Source: an uncultured Ignavibacteriaceae bacterium
GTDB lineage: Bacteria; Bacteroidota; Ignavibacteria; UBA10030
Direction: 5' to 3'
Length of the DNA: 64,000 nucleotides
Assembly (NCBI GenBank): GCA_964534125.1
Contig: CAZHOJ010000002.1
Location: 68,696 to 132,695, forward strand
The position numbers were made by a program, and so were the translations under genes. A model generated the notes under the pieces. That model saw only the letters and a list, made by a program, of their open reading frames with translations. It did no database searches and was not told the DNA's origin. Below are positions 56,866 to 64,000 of this stretch, one piece after another (within the stretch, counting starts at the first letter, position 1; each line of letters starts with the position of its first letter).

Positions 56866-57756
56866 ATGGAATTCCGATTGCTGCAGGATATAGCGGACTA
56901 CTGCGCAGAGCACAGGGTGTCGATCCCGGAGGCGATGCTGGCCTACGAGGAGAGCGAGAAGGGAAGGACAAGGGATCAGGTATATGGACAGCTCAAACAC
57001 ACCCTCCTTGTCATGGAGGAGTCCGTCGATCAGGGACTGACACAGCAGCTTATCACGCCAAGCGGCATGCTCGATAACTGGGCGAAGAAGGTCTATGAAA
57101 GTCCGGTGGAGGTCCTCGGACCGAGGCTCAAAAAGGCGGCGGCTCGTGCGATCGCGGTGGGAGAAGTGAATGCATGCATGGGCCGGATAGCTGCTGCACC
57201 GACGGCCGGCTCGGCTGGCATCATGCCCGCGGTCCTCGTCACCATGATCGAGGAGCATGCTGTCGGTCGTGACAAATGTCTGGACGCTCTGCTCGTTGCC
57301 GCAGCTGTCGGATTGATCTTCGCACGGAATTCATCGTTTGCCGGGTCGGAGGCAGGATGCATGGGCGAGACCGGAAGTGCAGCCGCAATGGGGGCTGCAG
57401 CGATCACCTTTCTGCTTGGGGGAAGCAATGAGCAGATCCTTGAGTCAGTGGGTTTCGCACTGAAGGCGTCGATGGGATTGGTGTGCGATCCTGTCGGCGG
57501 TCTGGTCGAGGAGCCGTGTACCACGAGGAACGCGGTCGGTGTTGCCAATGCATTCATCTCAGCGCAACTGGCACTATCGGGGATTAGGAGCCTCATCCCT
57601 GCCGATGAGGTCATCTTCGCAACGAAAGAAGTAGGGGATCTCATGTCGCCCCGGCTGAAGGAATCCGGCCAGGGCGGACTGGCAAACACGAAGACGGCAC
57701 GTGAGATCCAGAAAAGGGTCTTCAGGTCCGAGAAGGAAAAGCCTGCGGGTATGTGA
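56866..57756 (+). CDS. sdaAA: L-serine dehydratase (4Fe-4S type), alpha subunit
   Basis: SDH alpha-subunit pattern (..GSAGIMPAV..., Cys ligands) directly downstream of the beta subunit. Confidence 0.85.
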   Translation: MEFRLLQDIADYCAEHRVSIPEAMLAYEESEKGRTRDQVYGQLKHTLLVMEESVDQGLTQQLITPSGMLDNWAKKVYESPVEVLGPRLKKAAARAIAVGEVNACMGRIAAAPTAGSAGIMPAVLVTMIEEHAVGRDKCLDALLVAAAVGLIFARNSSFAGSEAGCMGETGSAAAMGAAAITFLLGGSNEQILESVGFALKASMGLVCDPVGGLVEEPCTTRNAVGVANAFISAQLALSGIRSLIPADEVIFATKEVGDLMSPRLKESGQGGLANTKTAREIQKRVFRSEKEKPAGM

Positions 57757-58116
57757 GGGCACCTACGAAGGATTGCTACACTGAAGTAACGCCGACCTCT
57801 TGACTGTACTGCTTCTGCTTACGAGGTTTGGTGGGTAGGGAATGGCAGGGAAGTGGTCATCTGTGTCTATCCCGGCCGATCGGAAGCACATCTTCTGAGG
57901 GGAATGCAGCACGGTCCTGCACTGGGTTGGTGCAGTACCGGAACCGGCACATCTAGCAGGCTGCGGAAAAAGTCAGCCAAGTAGGTTTCGCGCAGCGCTC
58001 GCAGCGGGAGCAGCGAACGCAACGATCAAAATATCATCAAAAACCGTGGCGTGCGTGGCATATTTGACATTTCCTGAGCGTCGCGGTCGTTGCGCGAAAT
58101 GTTTTTCCGCAAGCTC

Positions 58117-59019
58117 CTAGTGCTCCATGTAGACCGACATGTGTTCCTGGTCCAGCTCACCGAGCATGAGAAAGACCGTCTGATCGTTGTAGCGTTTGAA
58201 CGATTCAGCGATCTCCTTGTTCTTTGCGTTGAAGAATTGACGCACGAACACACTGTTCGGATTCTGCAGCGAGCGGATCTGGGAAATGGACTGTATAGCT
58301 CGGAGCATATTGTCGAGCGCCCGTTGAGTGTTCGTGGCGAGAAGGTCGATCCCTTCGAAATGATACTGTGTGAAGGCGTCGTGGAGCATGCTGTACCGGG
58401 GATTGGTAAGTTCCTCCGCCATACCATATCGGTTGTACGCTGAGCTCGAGAATTTCCATTCGGCCCCTGATGTCGAGTTGCTCCCAAGCTCACAGATGTT
58501 GAACGCCTTCTGAAAATACCTGGTCCCCGCGTTGGGCATGTAGGTCTCCAGGTCCAGCCCGATGATCAGGTAGGCGTAGAAATCCAGGAAATCTGTGAGC
58601 GGATCGGATGCAAAGTCGTCCTGGCGCATGCGCTGGCCAGGCTGATACTCGATCTCCCATTTTTCGTCAAGGACGCGGAGAATGGGTGATGTTCTCGACG
58701 TCTTCTCATCGTTCTCGTACACCATCCGCTGGCTGCCGATGAAGACCTGCAGGACGTATCGCTTCTCACCGCTCGGTCGTTGAAAGAAGAAGTCGAAGGT
58801 ACACTGGATCCGTTCGCCCAGCAGGTCCTCTTCTGTGAACTTCGTGCCGTTGAGATATTGCTCCACGTCGTTCTTGAAATCCCGAAGGTAGTCCCGGAGC
58901 GCAGAGGGGATCGATTCAACATTGACACTGATGGTCGCTTCGAGCTCCTGACCAGGCAGATCAGGGAGAAGCGAGATGAGGAGGACAACGAGTGTGGCGA
59001 AGGCTCGGGCGGTTCTCAT
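58117..59019 (-). CDS. DUF4835-family protein (secreted)
   Basis: Signal peptide; collinear with the remembered DUF4835 pattern (QEL.ATISVNVE.I......L.DFKNDVE.YLN.TKFT......ERI.C.F........FL.FYAYLIIGLDLE.Y). Confidence 0.6.
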   Translation of the reverse strand: MRTARAFATLVVLLISLLPDLPGQELEATISVNVESIPSALRDYLRDFKNDVEQYLNGTKFTEEDLLGERIQCTFDFFFQRPSGEKRYVLQVFIGSQRMVYENDEKTSRTSPILRVLDEKWEIEYQPGQRMRQDDFASDPLTDFLDFYAYLIIGLDLETYMPNAGTRYFQKAFNICELGSNSTSGAEWKFSSSAYNRYGMAEELTNPRYSMLHDAFTQYHFEGIDLLATNTQRALDNMLRAIQSISQIRSLQNPNSVFVRQFFNAKNKEIAESFKRYNDQTVFLMLGELDQEHMSVYMEH

Positions 59020-59064
59020 ATCGGTCCAATATATGCAGAAGGTTTCCTGTCGGCAAGGAGAAGC

Positions 59065-59844
59065 ATGAGGCCGGTTATCCTCATAGCGTTGTTCGTTCTG
59101 ACCTCCAGCAGTGCTCTGGGTCAATGGGACGGACGAGGCGTCGCATTGATCGGCATGACCGGGGTCTGTGACACTACGCTCCGCATCGGCGGGGGGAATC
59201 CTGCGGCGGCTGCGTGGAGATCAGGCGGAGCCATCGGGGTGGGATTCCTCCCGGGACTTTTCGGATTGACGGAGCTCCGGCGATACGGGATGACAGGAGG
59301 GCTGACGATGGGGGGTTGGGGGGGAGAACTTCATCTCCTCAGGTACGGTGCGACACTTTTCAACGAGTCGTCCGGTTGGCTCTCGGTCGCTTGGATGATC
59401 GGTACGCATGTGAGCGCAGGTATCTCTATGAGGTACGTGAGGTGGTACGCAAAGGAATATGCGGCCGTTGAGGAGTGGGGTATAGGTGCAGGATTCCTCT
59501 TTCGTGACGGTCATACGAGTGTGGGGGTGCGGGCGCGGACGGTCGGTGGCGCATTCAGTGAGGCCGTCTATGAGCTCGACGCCGGACTTTCAGTCGAGGC
59601 AACACGATATCTTCTGCTCACAGCGGAGCTCAGCCAGAGGAAGGCCGAACCGGTGTTGCCGAGATATTCCATCATGCTGGGCCCGCTTCCCGAGGTCCGG
59701 ATGGTCCTGAGCTGGCAGGATGAGCCGCGTGCCATCGGCGTTGGGATCGTTCTCGCAGTGAGCGGCTTTGATGTGTCCTATGGAGCGAGCAGGCATTCAG
59801 TGTTGGGGTGGACGCATGGGATTGGTGTGCTATGGGCTTTCTGA
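59065..59844 (+). CDS. Putative outer-membrane beta-barrel protein (possibly PorP/SprF-like)
   Basis: AAGGAG RBS, signal peptide MRPVILIALFVLTSSSALGQ, Gly/aromatic-rich alternating segments, C-terminal ...WAF; contains an NPAAAAW motif reminiscent of PorP/SprF N-termini. Confidence 0.5.
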   Translation: MRPVILIALFVLTSSSALGQWDGRGVALIGMTGVCDTTLRIGGGNPAAAAWRSGGAIGVGFLPGLFGLTELRRYGMTGGLTMGGWGGELHLLRYGATLFNESSGWLSVAWMIGTHVSAGISMRYVRWYAKEYAAVEEWGIGAGFLFRDGHTSVGVRARTVGGAFSEAVYELDAGLSVEATRYLLLTAELSQRKAEPVLPRYSIMLGPLPEVRMVLSWQDEPRAIGVGIVLAVSGFDVSYGASRHSVLGWTHGIGVLWAF

Positions 59845-61489
59845 GAGGTTCCTGCTAAAGGGCCTGACTCGGATCATTGTGATCTCTCTCATCCTCCTGT
59901 TTCCTCTCCAGGGGCAGGTGTTGGATGAGGACCCTGTGGACGAGGATGACCTGAGGCTTCTGCTGGAAGAAGAGGACCTCAGGGAATACCGTCGTCCACT
60001 GTCGGGTCTGAAGGCCGATTCGCTCCTGTTCGACGTTCGGCTGCTCATGGGTATGACAATGCCTGACTCGCTCCTCCTACCACAGAAGATCGATTCGCTC
60101 GGGAATGATCCGCCACCACGTCGACCGATGGTGGTCCATGAAGGGATGGCAGAACATCGCAGTGTAACTCTCCGCACGGTAGTGACATGGACCTCTGATG
60201 TCCGTGAAGACGACATGTTCCGGAAGGACAGGAATCTGGTCCGCTGGGACACACGCAACTCGTCCGGGGAGGGGTCATTCGGGGAAATCGCTTTGAGCAC
60301 TCTCTCCACCGACCAGCGATCTACCTCGGCCACTCTGCAGTATGTAGGGAGAGAAGAGAGGTGGGAGGTGGCGGTGGGCCACCTCACCGACCGCGGAGCG
60401 ATCGGTCCCATCGCGGACAGCCGTCCGCTGCGGCTACGAAACACTGACCGTGCGACTCCAGCGGGCGACATCGACAGGCCATTCTCGAAGCCGTCATTCC
60501 TGAACGACGCATTCATGGTCACGGGGATCGGTGTCAAGGCCTGGCTTGGGGAGAGGACCCATGTCGTGGCGGTCGTCGGCCATGAGGATCTCGATCTGAG
60601 TGGAGCCATGGTAGGCAGGCTCGGGATGCTCTTCCATATGGGGGAGCGAGTATCCGTTGGCTCCGGGTTCGACATTTATGAGGGTGTCTCCAATACCCGC
60701 CAGGATTGGCTGGCACGGGTGACGCTTGACAGTTGGAGTGTGTGCGCAGCGGGTATCGTCGACCGATCTGCAGCTCCGTCGTACATCGTGAATGGATCAG
60801 TGCATCCGGGGCGTGAGATTCGGGTTGCAGTGACTGGGTGGCGGAAAGACGTCAGGGAGCCAATGCCCGGAACCGACTACGGTCTGACAGTCGTCTGTCG
60901 ATGGCGATTCGCCCCGTACCATTCACTTCATATGCAGTCGTCCGGCGCAGAATTCGCTCCGTTCGGCTCAGTGCGGCTGCAAAGATCGCTCGTTCGGCTC
61001 TCGATTGCGGGGAGGCTCAACAAAGAGCTTCAATGGACGTGCTCGATCCGGTCATCATCTGAAGAGGCACATGAGGAGGGGGGACTGACCGGCACCCGCC
61101 GCTTCGACTTCCTCGGGTCTGTCAGAAGGTCGCTCGGTTCATCGCTCTCGACGAATATCAGCTTCAGGCGCTCTGTCAGCGGCACATCTCCGATCGGGGC
61201 AGGATCATCGTCGCTGGACGTGCGTCTATATGGTACATTCGGGACATTTGCATGTGCAATGTGGATCGGAACATTCGATGCATCTCCGGGAATGACGCTG
61301 TGGGCCTCTCATCCGGGACTGATGCTCTGGCCGGTCTCCATCGCCTACGGAGGTTATGGATTTCATACCGGCACTTCTGTCAAGATCCGCCTGGGAGGAC
61401 GGGCAACACTCGCTGCATATGTCTCGCAGATCCGAAAGGACGGGAACAGCATGTTCCGGTCCAGCATCATGAGTGAAATTGGATTATAA
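59816..61489 (+). CDS. Hypothetical secreted protein (acidic N-terminal segment, no recognised domain)
   Basis: Signal peptide ...RIIVISLILLFPLQGQ, 550+ aa, protein-like composition; start placed at MGLVCY, overlapping the upstream gene by 29 nt. Confidence 0.45.
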   Translation: MGLVCYGLSERFLLKGLTRIIVISLILLFPLQGQVLDEDPVDEDDLRLLLEEEDLREYRRPLSGLKADSLLFDVRLLMGMTMPDSLLLPQKIDSLGNDPPPRRPMVVHEGMAEHRSVTLRTVVTWTSDVREDDMFRKDRNLVRWDTRNSSGEGSFGEIALSTLSTDQRSTSATLQYVGREERWEVAVGHLTDRGAIGPIADSRPLRLRNTDRATPAGDIDRPFSKPSFLNDAFMVTGIGVKAWLGERTHVVAVVGHEDLDLSGAMVGRLGMLFHMGERVSVGSGFDIYEGVSNTRQDWLARVTLDSWSVCAAGIVDRSAAPSYIVNGSVHPGREIRVAVTGWRKDVREPMPGTDYGLTVVCRWRFAPYHSLHMQSSGAEFAPFGSVRLQRSLVRLSIAGRLNKELQWTCSIRSSSEEAHEEGGLTGTRRFDFLGSVRRSLGSSLSTNISFRRSVSGTSPIGAGSSSLDVRLYGTFGTFACAMWIGTFDASPGMTLWASHPGLMLWPVSIAYGGYGFHTGTSVKIRLGGRATLAAYVSQIRKDGNSMFRSSIMSEIGL

Positions 61490-61525
61490 TGCGACCTCGA
61501 TAACCACCCAACGCCGGGTCTGCTC

Positions 61526-62929
61526 ATGAAGGTAAGATTCCTGCCGCTCGATGCCCTCCGGGGAATATCCATCTTTCTGATGATCCTCTCGAGTGCGATC
61601 CCCTTCGGCGTGCTTCCCGCATGGATGTATCATGCGCAGGTCCCTCCTCCTGGACATCTCTTCGATCCACAGATACCGGGCATCACGTGGGTCGACCTTG
61701 TGTTCCCGTTCTTTCTTTTCACCATGGGCGTTGCCATACCGTTCGCACTTCAGCGGAAGCGCGACCGGGGAGAGCCATCGGTTCGCATCATACTCCGATT
61801 AGCCGGCCGTGGCTTGTTGCTTGCGGCTTTCGCCATCTTTGATGAGCACATCCGTCCGCATCGGCTGAGCGCCACCCCTGATACCATGACGTGGTTGCTT
61901 TCGCTGCTCGGTTTCGTTCTCCTCTTTCCGATGTTCGGTGCCCGCCCACCTTTCCTGAGCCGCCGGCTGTGGCGCATGCTTCAGGCGGGAGGATGGGTCG
62001 GAGCGGCAATATTCATGGCCTCCATCACGTATCCGGATGGCACCGGCTTCCTCGTGGCCCGCAGGGATATCATCATTCTCGTGCTCGCGTACATGGCTGT
62101 TGCCGGTGGCATTGTCTGGCTTGCTGCTCGGGGATCTGAGCTTGTCCGGTGGGGAGTCCTCGGCGTCTACCTCGCGCTGCGCCTGTCTGCCCCCTCAGAA
62201 GGTTGGGTGCACGAGCTCTGGTCTGCGACATTCGATCCTGCATTGTTCCAGTTCCATTTCCTGAAATACCTGTTCATAGTCGTGCCGGGAACGATCGTTG
62301 GCGACAGGCTGCTGCGCTGGATGGCATATGACGCCGCTGAGCGGGTCCGCACAGAATGGAGTTCCTCCCGGTATGCCGGGATAGTCGCCATCCTGTCCTC
62401 TCTTGTTGTCATCACAGTCGTCGGCTTGTATGCGCGGCTCCTCTTTGAGACCGTCGTGTTCGTGTTTGTGCTTCTCGGGGTATTCCTGAATGTGGTTCCT
62501 TCATCACGTACGCCGTTCGAGATCACATTGCGCGGGATCCTGAACCTGGGATGGTATCTCCTTGTTCTTGGCCTCTGCCTTGAAGCATTTGAAGGTGGAA
62601 TAAGGAAGGACGATTCGACGCTCAGCTACTATGCCGTCACGACAGGCCTCGCTGTCTTCGCTCTCGGCATTGTGTGGGTGATGATGGATGTGTGGAAGGT
62701 CGCGCGCCCCTTCCGGACTCTCATCGGAGGAGGGCAGAATCCACTCGTTGCGTATTCCGCCATCAATAACTTCACACGACCGCTTCTCGGCTTGACGAGT
62801 ATCGGTCCAATCCTTTCGTCTGCATTCTCCACGCCCTGGATGGGAGTTGTCCTGGGCGTGATCATCACATGGTTCACTCTCTGGTTGGCCGCACTCTGCA
62901 CACGGGCGAAAATTCTGCTCAAGACCTGA
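61526..62929 (+). CDS. Heparan-alpha-glucosaminide N-acetyltransferase-like (DUF1624/DUF5009) polytopic membrane acyltransferase
   Basis: N-terminal R...LDALRGISIFLMIL motif and about 11 TM segments. Confidence 0.65.
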   Translation: MKVRFLPLDALRGISIFLMILSSAIPFGVLPAWMYHAQVPPPGHLFDPQIPGITWVDLVFPFFLFTMGVAIPFALQRKRDRGEPSVRIILRLAGRGLLLAAFAIFDEHIRPHRLSATPDTMTWLLSLLGFVLLFPMFGARPPFLSRRLWRMLQAGGWVGAAIFMASITYPDGTGFLVARRDIIILVLAYMAVAGGIVWLAARGSELVRWGVLGVYLALRLSAPSEGWVHELWSATFDPALFQFHFLKYLFIVVPGTIVGDRLLRWMAYDAAERVRTEWSSSRYAGIVAILSSLVVITVVGLYARLLFETVVFVFVLLGVFLNVVPSSRTPFEITLRGILNLGWYLLVLGLCLEAFEGGIRKDDSTLSYYAVTTGLAVFALGIVWVMMDVWKVARPFRTLIGGGQNPLVAYSAINNFTRPLLGLTSIGPILSSAFSTPWMGVVLGVIITWFTLWLAALCTRAKILLKT

Positions 62930-63015
62930 CGGCCCCCTTTCTCAGGTGTCAGAGTCCCTCCTGGATGCCACGTCGTCCATTGCCAACGAAACTTCCTTCA
63001 GAGCCAAAGCGTTCT

Positions 63016-63023
63016 TATATTTG
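63016..63023 (+). promoter_or_regulatory. FCB-type -7 element TATATTTG upstream of the redoxin gene
   Basis: Exact TAnnTTTG match about 40 nt upstream of the ATG at 63064. Confidence 0.35.
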
Positions 63024-63063
63024 ACAAATCATCGTCTTCACCCACATTTTCGGAGGATCTCCC

Positions 63064-63630
63064 ATGCGGCGCATTCTAATGGTCATGCTGGCCTTTTCTG
63101 CACTTGCCCTGACGGTCTCTGCCGATTCCGGCGACAAGATCAAGGATTTCACTCTGACCGACGTGCAAGGCACGGAGCACACTCTGTCAGATTACGCGGG
63201 CTCAAAGGCCATCGTTCTCATGTTCATTGCGACGCAGTGCCCGGTCTCGAATGCATACAATGAACGGATGGTCCGGCTCTATGAGGATTATAAGGACAAG
63301 GACGTGGTCTTTCTCGGTGTCAATTCGAACAAGCAGGAATCGGTCGAAGAGATCGTCGGTCATTCGAAGGAGCACGGTTTTGCATTCCCGGTCCTCAAGG
63401 ACCATAAGAATATGATCGCTGATGAGCTGAAGGCTTCTGTGACACCTGAGATCTATGTGGTCAACGGTGAGCTCGAACTCCTCTACCATGGACGTATCGA
63501 CGATTCGCAGCGTGAAGGAAAGGTCACAACGCAGGATCTTCGCACCGCACTGGACGAGATCCTGGCAGGCAAGAGCGTCACTGCGCCGGAGACGAAGGCC
63601 TTCGGGTGCACGATCAAAAGGGTGAACTGA
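63064..63630 (+). CDS. Thioredoxin-fold redoxin (AhpC/TSA or TlpA-like), secreted, single-Cys CPVS motif
   Basis: Signal peptide; F.L.D..G...LSDY.GK..VL.F.A..CP.S motif. Confidence 0.7.
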   Translation: MRRILMVMLAFSALALTVSADSGDKIKDFTLTDVQGTEHTLSDYAGSKAIVLMFIATQCPVSNAYNERMVRLYEDYKDKDVVFLGVNSNKQESVEEIVGHSKEHGFAFPVLKDHKNMIADELKASVTPEIYVVNGELELLYHGRIDDSQREGKVTTQDLRTALDEILAGKSVTAPETKAFGCTIKRVN

Positions 63631-63635
63631 GCCGC

Positions 63636-64000
63636 ATGGCCTTCCTGCTCCCCTCGCTCCTCCTCCTGATGATGTCCGCTCCACAGGGAGCGGGCGTGAC
63701 CTATCCTGAGTCCGCGGATCAGGTCGAGGCACGCGTCCAGCCCATCGGGAAAGGCTCCCTCGCTGCGCTCCTCTCAGAGCGCAATGGAAAGCCATTGCTC
63801 ATGAACGTGTGGGCTACGTGGTGTGCACCGTGTGTCGAAGAATTCCCTGATCTGGAGAGACTGCACCGCACGTATGGTCCGGAAGGACTTGATGTTGTGG
63901 TCGTATCAATCGACTACGAGGATGAGGTGACGTCGAAGGTCATACCATTCCTCCGGAAGATGGACGCCACAATGCCCGCTTACATCAATGCGTTTCCGAA
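63636..64000 (+). CDS. TlpA-like thiol:disulfide interchange protein (partial, runs off the window end)
   Basis: Signal peptide and thioredoxin active site WATWCAPC; no stop codon before the window end. Confidence 0.7.
   Translation, partial: MAFLLPSLLLLMMSAPQGAGVTYPESADQVEARVQPIGKGSLAALLSERNGKPLLMNVWATWCAPCVEEFPDLERLHRTYGPEGLDVVVVSIDYEDEVTSKVIPFLRKMDATMPAYINAFP

Noticed and set aside
59020-59064. Divergent 45-nt spacer between the DUF4835 gene and the beta-barrel OMP gene as a possible shared operator
   Set aside because: Too short and AT-poor to identify promoter elements with confidence. Only a clear AAGGAG RBS for the + gene is visible.
1-64000. CRISPR arrays, rRNA, tRNA, IS elements, prophage
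   Set aside because: No short direct-repeat/spacer periodicity, no tRNA-like T-arm or acceptor motifs in any intergenic gap, and no transposase or phage structural-protein signatures in any frame. Intergenic space is too small to hide such features, except the 360-nt gap at 57757-58116, which does not resemble a tRNA/tmRNA/RNase P RNA by eye.

Overview
This is a high-GC (about 60-65%) window that is almost entirely coding, from a bacterium of the FCB group (Bacteroidetes/Chlorobi/Rhodothermaeota-like). The placement rests on Bacteroidetes-type -7 promoter motifs (TAnnTTTG), a T9SS C-terminal sorting domain, TonB-dependent receptors with CarboxypepD_reg N-domains, DUF4835 and DUF3108 genes, and an HprK/Hpf pair. 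About 57 genes run mostly on the + strand in tight, often overlapping operons. Most are housekeeping: prmC, dtd, comEC, a methylmalonyl-CoA mutase catalytic subunit, recO, htrA, aroC, trpS, scpAB, malQ, lysS, ybeY-smg-topA-xerC-hpf-hprK, holB, metG, ubiE, tatD, sdaAB/AA. There is also a GH38 alpha-mannosidase divergent from an SSF transporter and two lipoprotein/TonB-receptor pairs. I found no rRNA, tRNA, CRISPR array, transposase or prophage. The most unusual element is a monocistronic gene (49988-50857) with its own FCB-type promoter and a strong bidirectional terminator. It encodes an uncharacterised N-terminal domain, a low-complexity linker and a C-terminal TIR-like (CAP12/PycTIR-type) nucleotide-binding domain, with no partner cyclase or sensor gene nearby. 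Other points worth a second look: three essential genes (Omp85/BamA, xerC, trpS) whose conserved N-termini are not preceded by a canonical start codon but each begin at an in-frame CTG; a 360-nt non-coding convergent intergenic region; a palindromic operator-like site ahead of a stand-alone HNH endonuclease; ScpB with a long disordered tail; and a surface-associated cluster (DUF4835, a beta-barrel OMP, a secreted protein, an HGSNAT-like acyltransferase). All calls come from reading the translated ORFs and the DNA by eye; no database searches were run.
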